From: an uncultured bacterium
GTDB lineage: Bacteria > Patescibacteriota > Minisyncoccia > UBA6257 > 2-01-FULL-56-20
DNA length: 64,000 bases
NCBI GenBank assembly: GCA_963719425.1
Contig: OY970382.1
Coordinates: 321,246 to 385,245, forward strand
Direction: 5' to 3'
A program made the translations under genes and the position numbers. Below the pieces are notes generated by a model. It searched no databases and was not told the DNA's origin. It worked only from the letters and a program-made list of their open reading frames with translations. Below are positions 56,759 through 64,000 of this stretch, one piece after another (the stretch's first letter is position 1; each line of letters starts with the position of its first letter).

Positions 56759-57616
56759 ATGAAATACATTTTCTTCGGAACGCCGCGCTTTGCGGAAATC
56801 ATTCTTGAGCACCTCCTCCGCGCGGACATGCCGCCCATGGCCCTTGCATGCAACCCTGACCGGCCGACCGGACGGAAAAAGATTGTCACTTCCCCGCCGA
56901 CAAAGCGGCTTGTGCTCTCGCGCGGCGCGGAAGCTCCCCGCATCAAAATTTTCCAGCCCGAAAGCCTGGATGAATATTTTATCGGGGAACTCACGGCGTT
57001 GGGCACAGACGTTTTTGTAGTCGCCGCATATGCGAAGATCATTCCAAAATCTGTGCTTGACATTCCCCGTCTTGGCACGATCGGTATCCATCCCTCGCTC
57101 CTGCCCAAATATCGCGGCGCCACCCCTATCCAGTCGGTCATTTTGAACGGCGAGCGCGAAACCGGCGTCACAATTTACCAAATGGACGAGAAGATGGACC
57201 GCGGGCCAGTTCTTGCAAGCTCAAAGACACCTATAGATAGTTTGAAAATAAACTATCCGAAACTTGAGGAGCAATTGGCGCAGCGTTCTGCGGAACTTCT
57301 TATGAAAACGCTGCCCGATCTTATGGCGGGAAAATTGAAACCGCGCACGCAGGATGAAGCGCAGGCAACCTATACCAAAAAATTCACGACTAAAGATAGT
57401 TTCATTGCCCCCGAAGACCTAACCGCCGCCGAGCGCGGCGATGCGGAGAAAGGCGAAGCTATTGTCCGGCGAATTAACGCCTTCACGTCGGAGCCGGGTG
57501 CATGGACCATGCAAAACGGTACGCGCGTCAAACTCTTGAAAGCGGAAATCAGGGGCGGATCGCTGCGACCGCTTATTATTCAGCGCGAGGGAGAAAAACC
57601 GGTCGCGGTCCAATGA
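56759..57616 (+). CDS. fmt: Methionyl-tRNA formyltransferase
   Basis: 'FFGTPRFA', 'HPSLLPKYRGATPIQ', 'TGVTI..MD'. Confidence 0.95.
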   Translation: MKYIFFGTPRFAEIILEHLLRADMPPMALACNPDRPTGRKKIVTSPPTKRLVLSRGAEAPRIKIFQPESLDEYFIGELTALGTDVFVVAAYAKIIPKSVLDIPRLGTIGIHPSLLPKYRGATPIQSVILNGERETGVTIYQMDEKMDRGPVLASSKTPIDSLKINYPKLEEQLAQRSAELLMKTLPDLMAGKLKPRTQDEAQATYTKKFTTKDSFIAPEDLTAAERGDAEKGEAIVRRINAFTSEPGAWTMQNGTRVKLLKAEIRGGSLRPLIIQREGEKPVAVQ

Positions 57617-57674
57617 TGGCTCGGCATGCTTCCGCACGTCCAGCCCAAGGATCGGCATCTGCGCGATTGTTTCC

Positions 57675-59126
57675 TCATTTGTCGCCGGTCAGTTTTTTGA
57701 TCTTTTCAATCTTTGTTTCGGTCTCTTCCTTGAGGCGTTCCGCCTCTTTTTCGATAGATCCTTTCTCTCTTTCAAGGATTGAAGGTCGAAGGTCAATGTT
57801 CAACGCGTTTTCTTTCTTTTTTTTCTCCTCGCTTTCCATTTTGCCAATCTCCTCGTGAAGCTCTTTTGCAAACTCACGCAGTTCACGTTTCGTTTTCCGC
57901 TTCCAGACAAGAAAGCGCCAGGAAAGAAGATAATAAATGAGGATAAAAGCGGCGACAATGAGCGCAAGAACAATGATGGAGAACGAGAAGAAGCGCATCA
58001 CTTGGTACCACCATTCTTGCCAGCTGTTCGGCGCAACGACGCGGAAGGTAGTGTCTTCTTCCCGCACATTGCCGGCATTGTCGATTGCGCGGACCGCGAG
58101 CGATCGCTCGCTCGGCGTGGACTGCGGGATAACATAGGATGATCCCTGCCGCAGGGTTTCGGGATCAAACCAGTCACCGTCCCCTATTTTTACTTCGTAG
58201 TGAGAGAGTCCGGATAAGGCGTCGGTGGTTGCCCAGGTGAACGTCAGTTCCGTATCGGCCGGATCGCTATCCGTGCGCGTTATCGTGAACGGTTCCGGCG
58301 GCGTCCGGTCAAGGCGGAGTGTCTTCGTCACAACCGGCGACCAGACGCCGTTCTCTTCCGCGGAAATCAGGAAGTACCAGATACCGTCGCTCAGGGAGGA
58401 AAGGTCGTAGGATACATTCGTTTTCTGGCTTGCAACGGCCGTTACGGGAGGCGTCATGTTCGAACTGCTCGCAAGAACATACCAAACGCCATCCGCGCCG
58501 ATCGGCATGTTCCAGTTAAATTGGATGCTATTCAGAGAGTACCAGGTATCATCTTCGGTTGAAGGAGCGGACGTGACCACGATACCAGAAATCTGAGCGG
58601 CGGCGGGTGATGGTGTCACCGCCGAGGCAGGACCAATCGTGAACGAAGCGCCCGACATTGACGTGAGGATATTCGTGCCCTTACCGTCGTTTGCAAGGAC
58701 CGATCCCGATGAAAAAGAGACCGGCGCAACTCCTTGGGCCATGGCCTGAAACGTGATCCTCAGGACGTCGCCTGCCGCACCCGAAAATCCCGGGCTCAAG
58801 ACGACGCCCTGGAGCAGAACGTCTCCGGTACCTTGAGCGTTCGAGAACGACGGACTCTGAACCCAGAGATTGATGACCGAGTTCGTTTGCGAGACCGAAA
58901 GCGCGCGCAACTTGTCCGAAGGGAAAGAAATGTCGGCCGATACCGCGTTCATCGCCTGGTCAGCCGAGGATACTTCGAGGGCCACCGTGAACGTCTGTCC
59001 GACAGCAAGCGTTTTTGTTCCCGGCGAAAGATACAATGAGGCGGCGAGAACGCGGGGGATGAAAAATCCGAATGCAAGCGCGATGCCGCCGGCGAGCATA
59101 CTACGGCGCAGGGTCCCGGATAACAT
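57675..59126 (-). CDS. Secreted cohesin-like domain protein with Ig-like domains, TM and cytoplasmic coiled coil
   Basis: Signal peptide; 'GQTFTV...NAV...FP...S...W...P...G...LANDG.GT'; C-terminal TM. Confidence 0.75.
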   Translation of the reverse strand: MLSGTLRRSMLAGGIALAFGFFIPRVLAASLYLSPGTKTLAVGQTFTVALEVSSADQAMNAVSADISFPSDKLRALSVSQTNSVINLWVQSPSFSNAQGTGDVLLQGVVLSPGFSGAAGDVLRITFQAMAQGVAPVSFSSGSVLANDGKGTNILTSMSGASFTIGPASAVTPSPAAAQISGIVVTSAPSTEDDTWYSLNSIQFNWNMPIGADGVWYVLASSSNMTPPVTAVASQKTNVSYDLSSLSDGIWYFLISAEENGVWSPVVTKTLRLDRTPPEPFTITRTDSDPADTELTFTWATTDALSGLSHYEVKIGDGDWFDPETLRQGSSYVIPQSTPSERSLAVRAIDNAGNVREEDTTFRVVAPNSWQEWWYQVMRFFSFSIIVLALIVAAFILIYYLLSWRFLVWKRKTKRELREFAKELHEEIGKMESEEKKKKENALNIDLRPSILEREKGSIEKEAERLKEETETKIEKIKKLTGDK

Positions 59127-59133
59127 CTTTCTA

Positions 59134-60105
59134 TTATACCCCTGATGATTTTTTTCTATGCCGCAGGAATCGGATAAGCCAGAACACGCCTGTCAAAAGC
59201 GCAGCGCATACGATAATTGCCGCTATCTTATACCACGGCGGTGGCGCTACGAATCGCGTGGCGACAACGCCATAGGGATGTCGCGCGGACAACTCCACCA
59301 CGAGGAAGCTACCCGCATGATTAACCGCTCGGACATAGACATTGCTTGATAAGCTCTGATCTTGCAACAGGTACGGCGATGTGGCGACCTGCCATGAGGG
59401 AGTAATATGTGACGAGGGATTCGTAGGCACCTCCAAGACCTCATAGTGATCAATGCCGCTCCCTTTGTCGACGGTAGAAAATACAAGGAAGAAATCCCCG
59501 TCGAAGAGATTCGGATCGCTCGTGACCACCGGCGTGAATAGTTCGGGGGTGATCGCCGAGTAATTTTCCGCGGTGGAGGATCCTGTATAGGTTGCAGACC
59601 CTGCCGCAATATCCTCCGATGCCAGCGTGACGGGAAGCGCGGAGCCCTGACCATTATTTCGGAGGACCGTAGCCGTTGCGATCTCTATGGTCCCGCTACC
59701 GCTCGCAAGCGGCGTAAGGACGAACGAGATAAGAGATCCCGATGATCCGACGTACCCTCCAGAAATGATGCCCGCGAAATTGATTTCTCCCGACGTTGAC
59801 GCGATCGGAGGAGTAATCCAAAAATTGATTATGGACGCGCCATCGTTTATCGCAGTCACCCGGAAGCGGTCGGCCGGAAAGAGGATTTCTGATTGGACCG
59901 TGTTCACGCTCTCCCCTTGCGTATCAAGTGTGACCTCCACGCGTATCGGTTCACCGATCGATGCGACATTTTTATCGGCAACGATATGTAACGTTGCGGC
60001 ATGAATGACGCACGGCACGGCAACCGCGAGCAACGAAACAACCAATGCACATGTGAAGAATAATAGGATTTTTTTCTTTGTGGTCATCGCTATCATGTTC
60101 GTCAT
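59134..60105 (-). CDS. Secreted cohesin-like domain protein with C-terminal TM anchor
   Basis: Paralogous N-domain ('SIINFW', 'LRNNGQG') and 'DKGSGIDHYEV' shared with the neighbour ('DALSGLSHYEV'). Confidence 0.75.
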   Translation of the reverse strand: MTNMIAMTTKKKILLFFTCALVVSLLAVAVPCVIHAATLHIVADKNVASIGEPIRVEVTLDTQGESVNTVQSEILFPADRFRVTAINDGASIINFWITPPIASTSGEINFAGIISGGYVGSSGSLISFVLTPLASGSGTIEIATATVLRNNGQGSALPVTLASEDIAAGSATYTGSSTAENYSAITPELFTPVVTSDPNLFDGDFFLVFSTVDKGSGIDHYEVLEVPTNPSSHITPSWQVATSPYLLQDQSLSSNVYVRAVNHAGSFLVVELSARHPYGVVATRFVAPPPWYKIAAIIVCAALLTGVFWLIRFLRHRKKSSGV

Positions 60106-60114
60106 AAAAATAAG

Positions 60115-61818
60115 CTACCCTGTCCAATAATATGCCATAATACTGAAATCTCGGAGGTCAATTGTATCCGCGCCGTCAAGACGATATGCCGCCGGAGGAT
60201 TCGGATGGCCATACCAATAGGCCAATATGGAAAAATCTATGAGGTTGACTCTGCCGTCCCCGTTCAAATCTCCTTCGGCTTCAGTCGGAGCTGTTGATTC
60301 CGCTTGGGCAAGCACCGTATGATCCCCGACGGTGAAACCACGGGAAACGCTGTAATCGGATATCTGATCCCCCTGGGCCGCTTCCGATTTTGCCGCGTGG
60401 GAACCATAGTCAAGCGAGGCGCTGTTGAAATCATAAAGATAGGCGCCACTCTTATCCGAGGTCGCATTCAAAAAGTAAGGTTCGGCGGAATCCACCTGGA
60501 TCGTGATGGCGGCGTTCGGAATCGACGCTCCAAAAATGGTGATCGTGTCGCCCTTGCGGACCATCTCTTTATCAACGTCGATCGTCGGCGAAAGAAATAC
60601 GCCGCTGATCTCGGTCGTCGCTCCTACCGTGATGGAAATGGGGAATGTAAAGAGGGTGGATCGTCGGCCGGCATCATCCTCGCCATACACGGAAAAGATA
60701 TAGTTGCCGCCGGAAAGATTATTGACAATCGCCGTAAAGATGCCATCGGGCCCCGCGACCGTCTTGATGGCGATTTGACCATCCTTCAAGATCACCACCT
60801 CACTTAAGGGATATGCGGAGCCCGCGATGGTAACGTTCGTATTGCTGGTCGGCGGAAAATATAATCCCGCTCCGCCTCCCCCGCCGACCGGACCACTCGG
60901 CGCTGGCGCTGGAATCGCAGTTTGGACATAAATCACATAAGTAGTGAAGTGCTTGGTCCAGACAATGAGGTCCGTGCCGTTGTCAAATTTGCAGTCCCCG
61001 CCAGCCGGCAGGGCGTCGCCTACGGTTTGGGTATCCGTGGAACAGACAGCAGTTACCTCTGTAAATGCGCCTCCCCGCGACCAACCGACGAGTTTGCCGG
61101 TTTGTCCCGCGAACAGAAGCCGCGCGGCTGAATCGAACGTGAGCGGCGTGTTGCCCGCGCCGATCGCGATGGCGACTATGGCCGAAGCGGTGTAGCCGGG
61201 GTAAGACGTTGGGGCCGTAAAAGTAGTGGTGGCTTCGGGAAGCATGAGCGTACCGTCCCACGACGGAGGGCCGGTTATCGCTGTCCCTGCCGGGATGTTA
61301 ACTGCGACATCAATTCCGCTGGAGATTGTGGACGCTGCTGTTGCATTGGTGGTGGTCGCCGAAACGGAGCCGTCGGGATTGGTCGTTGTTGCTAGAACGA
61401 GAAAATTAACGGGCGTAGATGGCGCGGCGTAGGCAGTGGTCACGCTCGCCTCATCGCTATAGGGAGAATAGTTGGATCCGGCAAAAGCCCTCACGCGATA
61501 AAAATAAGTGGTTGCGGGAGTTACGGAGTTATCCGTATAGGTCGCTATGTCGGTCGCTGTTATGCCGATTTGCGCATAGGTCCCCCCCGCTCCCGTTTTG
61601 CGTTCAACGCTAAATCCATCCTCATTGTTAGAGTTATTAGTCCACGTAAGCACCACTTGGGTTGGGGCGGTTGAAACGGCGGTGAGATCAGAAGGTGCGT
61701 TGGGTACCACTACTATCACGACGGACACCGAGGTTGGGAGCGCAGCCGCAGATGCGGGTAGGATTATGAAGCATACGCCGACGATCGCAAGGACATAATA
61801 GAGATGACGAATATGCAT
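60115..61818 (-). CDS. Secreted Fn3 + Ig-like + C-terminal dockerin-like protein
   Basis: Fn3 'APSDL...LTW...YTD..V.P.TTYFYRVRA'; dockerin repeats 'GDLNGDGRVNLIDFSIL' and 'DLRDFSIM'. Confidence 0.82.
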   Translation of the reverse strand: MHIRHLYYVLAIVGVCFIILPASAAALPTSVSVVIVVVPNAPSDLTAVSTAPTQVVLTWTNNSNNEDGFSVERKTGAGGTYAQIGITATDIATYTDNSVTPATTYFYRVRAFAGSNYSPYSDEASVTTAYAAPSTPVNFLVLATTTNPDGSVSATTTNATAASTISSGIDVAVNIPAGTAITGPPSWDGTLMLPEATTTFTAPTSYPGYTASAIVAIAIGAGNTPLTFDSAARLLFAGQTGKLVGWSRGGAFTEVTAVCSTDTQTVGDALPAGGDCKFDNGTDLIVWTKHFTTYVIYVQTAIPAPAPSGPVGGGGGAGLYFPPTSNTNVTIAGSAYPLSEVVILKDGQIAIKTVAGPDGIFTAIVNNLSGGNYIFSVYGEDDAGRRSTLFTFPISITVGATTEISGVFLSPTIDVDKEMVRKGDTITIFGASIPNAAITIQVDSAEPYFLNATSDKSGAYLYDFNSASLDYGSHAAKSEAAQGDQISDYSVSRGFTVGDHTVLAQAESTAPTEAEGDLNGDGRVNLIDFSILAYWYGHPNPPAAYRLDGADTIDLRDFSIMAYYWTG

Positions 61819-61855
61819 AGTCGCGGCGCGGCGTCACGATCACGACGTTATGACA

Positions 61856-62788
61856 TTATTCAACCACCGCTCTTTTTTTACGGAGCCGGAATGTCCACAA
61901 CCGACGTCCGATAAACAGAAGCGCAATGAGGCCGATGAGGTAGTAGTACCAGTAGGTTTTTAAAGAAGAGAGGAACAATCCAGTAGGCGAGAGCGATCCC
62001 GCAGGGAGGACATGGAGCACGGTTTTCTGGCTGGCAACCACCTGGTTATCTTTATAAAAATTCACCACTGCCCAGTAATCGCCTATTCCCAAATGAAAGC
62101 TGGTAGGGAATTCAATGACGTAATTGCTCGTCACGAACGGCGGTGTTGCCGGAAATCCGCTTTGCTTTTCCGCAAACGCAAGGCGAACCACATCATACTC
62201 GTCGTAAAGATCAAACGTCGCAGCGTCAAATGACTCGGGTATATTGCCATCATTCTCAAAACGCACCGCCACCTTCGGATTCCATCCTTCCTCAATATCC
62301 GGAAACGTGATCAGAGGGACGGAATATTTTTCATAAATACCGTTACCAACCGTAAGGCTGAGGGATACGTTCACCCCCAGGGCTATCGTCACCTGCCCCG
62401 CTTTTCCCGGAACGCTTTGGAAACTCACGTTCCCCGTATACTTTCCGAGCGGTTCCCCCTTTGGCACCGTAATAGTGACCTGTACCGGGAACTGGCGCGT
62501 GCCCTGCGGTATGATAAAATCGTTTCCCGTGTCAAAACTTATCCACGGCTTGATGTGATCGGGCACGCTTAAAGCCGCTCTGATCTCAAGATCTTGATTG
62601 GGCTGGTCTTGCACGAGGTAGATCGTCTGCTCATATGTGACGCCGGGCACGAGATGGTCAGCGTTGATGAAAGGAGGCGAAATGCCGAACGCCGCAAGGC
62701 TCCTCTCCGTGCTTCCCAATAGCAACACCACGGCAAATGCGAAGGCGACAAAAAACAGAAGGCCCAACTTTCGGAAGGAATGCTTCAT
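61856..62788 (-). CDS. Secreted, C-terminally anchored two-Ig-domain protein (DUF916/DUF3324-like architecture)
   Basis: Start 62788 (MKHSF); signal peptide; 'FGISPP', 'V.VTITVP', 'FENDGNI', C-terminal TM plus basic tail. Confidence 0.65.
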   Translation of the reverse strand: MKHSFRKLGLLFFVAFAFAVVLLLGSTERSLAAFGISPPFINADHLVPGVTYEQTIYLVQDQPNQDLEIRAALSVPDHIKPWISFDTGNDFIIPQGTRQFPVQVTITVPKGEPLGKYTGNVSFQSVPGKAGQVTIALGVNVSLSLTVGNGIYEKYSVPLITFPDIEEGWNPKVAVRFENDGNIPESFDAATFDLYDEYDVVRLAFAEKQSGFPATPPFVTSNYVIEFPTSFHLGIGDYWAVVNFYKDNQVVASQKTVLHVLPAGSLSPTGLFLSSLKTYWYYYLIGLIALLFIGRRLWTFRLRKKRAVVE

Positions 62789-62873
62789 ACCGTTATGGGT
62801 ATATTGTAGCATATTCATCCCCTGCGCGCACAAAAGACGTTTGGAACGGTCGCGCAGAAAAAATCGAAAGGTC

Positions 62874-63827
62874 CTAGTTTACCGATTGGCCCGTGAAAAG
62901 ATTGGTGCCGTTGTACGTTCCCGTCGGCGTTCCGTTAGGAACCTGCAACAGCCAAAATACGTTAGTTGAAACCGTAGTGGTGCTTATGGGAGCGGCGACT
63001 GACAGGCCACTCAATGTAACCGCCGTGCTGCTCAAGGCGTAGCCCGTGCCGTAGGAAAAGCCCGATGACGTTGCGTATTGCTGGGAACTCGTCGCGAGCG
63101 TGGTCGTCGGATTGCCACCCGTGAGGGATGCCGTAGCCGAAAATTGGAACGTCGTTGAAGTATTGCCGACATCTGAAATCGTCGTGGTTACGGAAGGACT
63201 GTTAATTCCGGCGGGCGCGAGCGTTCCATAGCCTATCGCGCTTGGCGTTGAGCTAATTGCCTCCAAACTGTTCAATGCGGTTGTTGCAGAAGAGGTGCTC
63301 ACGCTGATCTTCGCGGGATTCGTCAATGTTATCGCTCCCCGCCAACCCTGCCCATAGTAGGTATAGGAAGCATTGTCAGTTGGCGTGGCGAAATAATACA
63401 TCGGGAATGTTACCGTGGCGTTAGCAGTATAGCCAGCGGCGGGGCAGGTTGACGTTGAAAACGTGCTGGTCGCATAGCAAATGAGGGGGTTCGGCGTGCT
63501 ACTCGCGAGACACGTCGAGGTTGCAATATCGCCGCGCAACAATGCTATGGTCTCGGTGCTGTTACTAAAATCCGCGCAGCCGTTATAATCCGTCACTGTG
63601 AGGGCGACGGAGATCGGCGTTGTCGTATTGGCGTTAAGGCTGATAGCCGTACCTGAATTCGGGCCCGAGACAAAGGAAACGATAGGCGCCGTGCTCGTCA
63701 CGGTCGCACTGCTCGTAACATTGGTCGTCGTCGCGGTACCGAAAACGGTCTGGGCGGCCAACAAAAAGGCTACGGTAGCAAGCGCAGTAACAGCCACAAT
63801 CTGCGCAAGTTTCCTATCCGGTTTCAT
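62874..63827 (-). CDS. Secreted Ser/Thr-rich surface protein with WxL-like C-terminus
   Basis: Signal peptide; C-terminal 'NVFWLLQVPNGTPTGTYNGTNLF'. Confidence 0.75.
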   Translation of the reverse strand: MKPDRKLAQIVAVTALATVAFLLAAQTVFGTATTTNVTSSATVTSTAPIVSFVSGPNSGTAISLNANTTTPISVALTVTDYNGCADFSNSTETIALLRGDIATSTCLASSTPNPLICYATSTFSTSTCPAAGYTANATVTFPMYYFATPTDNASYTYYGQGWRGAITLTNPAKISVSTSSATTALNSLEAISSTPSAIGYGTLAPAGINSPSVTTTISDVGNTSTTFQFSATASLTGGNPTTTLATSSQQYATSSGFSYGTGYALSSTAVTLSGLSVAAPISTTTVSTNVFWLLQVPNGTPTGTYNGTNLFTGQSVN

Positions 63828-63896
63828 ATGCTTTCATTGTAGCAAACAGAATGTTTCTTACCTGTGGATAACTAAACCAGCGTTGCGAGAGGGGTC

Positions 63897-64000
63897 CTAG
63901 GGCGAATAGAGGGCGGAAAAGGTAGTTGTGCCATTGTAGGCGCCAGTAGGACTGCCGCTCGCGATTTGCAGTCCCCAGAAAACATTGCCTTGCACTGATG
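63897..64000 (-). CDS. 3' end of a paralog of 62874-63827 (truncated by the window edge)
   Basis: Manual translation SVQGNVFWGLQIASGSPTGAYNGTTTFSALYSP* matches the neighbour's C-terminal motif. Confidence 0.75.
   Translation of the reverse strand, partial: SVQGNVFWGLQIASGSPTGAYNGTTTFSALYSP

Noticed and set aside
63863-63871. Perfect DnaA box (TGTGGATAA)
   Set aside because: A single 9-mer is expected about 0.5 times by chance in 64 kb on two strands; no box cluster or oriC context.
192-63900. Numerous antisense or alternative-frame ORFs of 60-320 aa overlapping identified genes
   Set aside because: Shadow ORFs typical of GC-rich coding DNA; no motifs and fully overlapped by well-supported CDSs.

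Overview
This window is a ~55% GC bacterial chromosome segment in standard code 11. Gene content and architecture point to a Patescibacteria/CPR (Parcubacteria-like) genome; that assignment is inference. It carries housekeeping genes (tsf, tRNA-Tyr, secDF, trmD, guaA, gltX, typA, rpmA, rplI, def, fmt, ftsW, murG, murC). It also carries a split ComEC, a fermentative/Fe-S block (ppsA, eno, 2-oxoacid:ferredoxin oxidoreductase, ADP-forming acyl-CoA ligase, NifS/NifU, ferredoxin, a bare [FeFe]-hydrogenase-like domain), two AT-rich defence-like genes (Mrr-like, DUF3800) and a cohesin/dockerin/WxL-like surface cluster. Four ~600-aa Cys-rich paralogs have DNA-conserved ends and divergent cores. The most striking signal is non-coding: several intergenic gaps hold stand-alone sigma70-promoter units for structured RNAs, most ending in a terminator-like hairpin, and several appear to mimic parts of the translation machinery. 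(i) A ~270-nt minus-strand RNA at 1040-1312 fuses a tRNA-like domain to a near-complete copy of the 23S rRNA L1 stalk (H76-H78). (ii) A 67-nt tRNA/tmRNA-TLD-like RNA with alanine identity (G3.U70, A73) at 26064-26130 is paired with a divergently transcribed small RNA complementary to its anticodon-like arm. (iii) Further structured sRNA candidates occur, two carrying an extended Shine-Dalgarno sequence, in a genome where many genes look leaderless. All folds were derived by eye, and no database searches were run.
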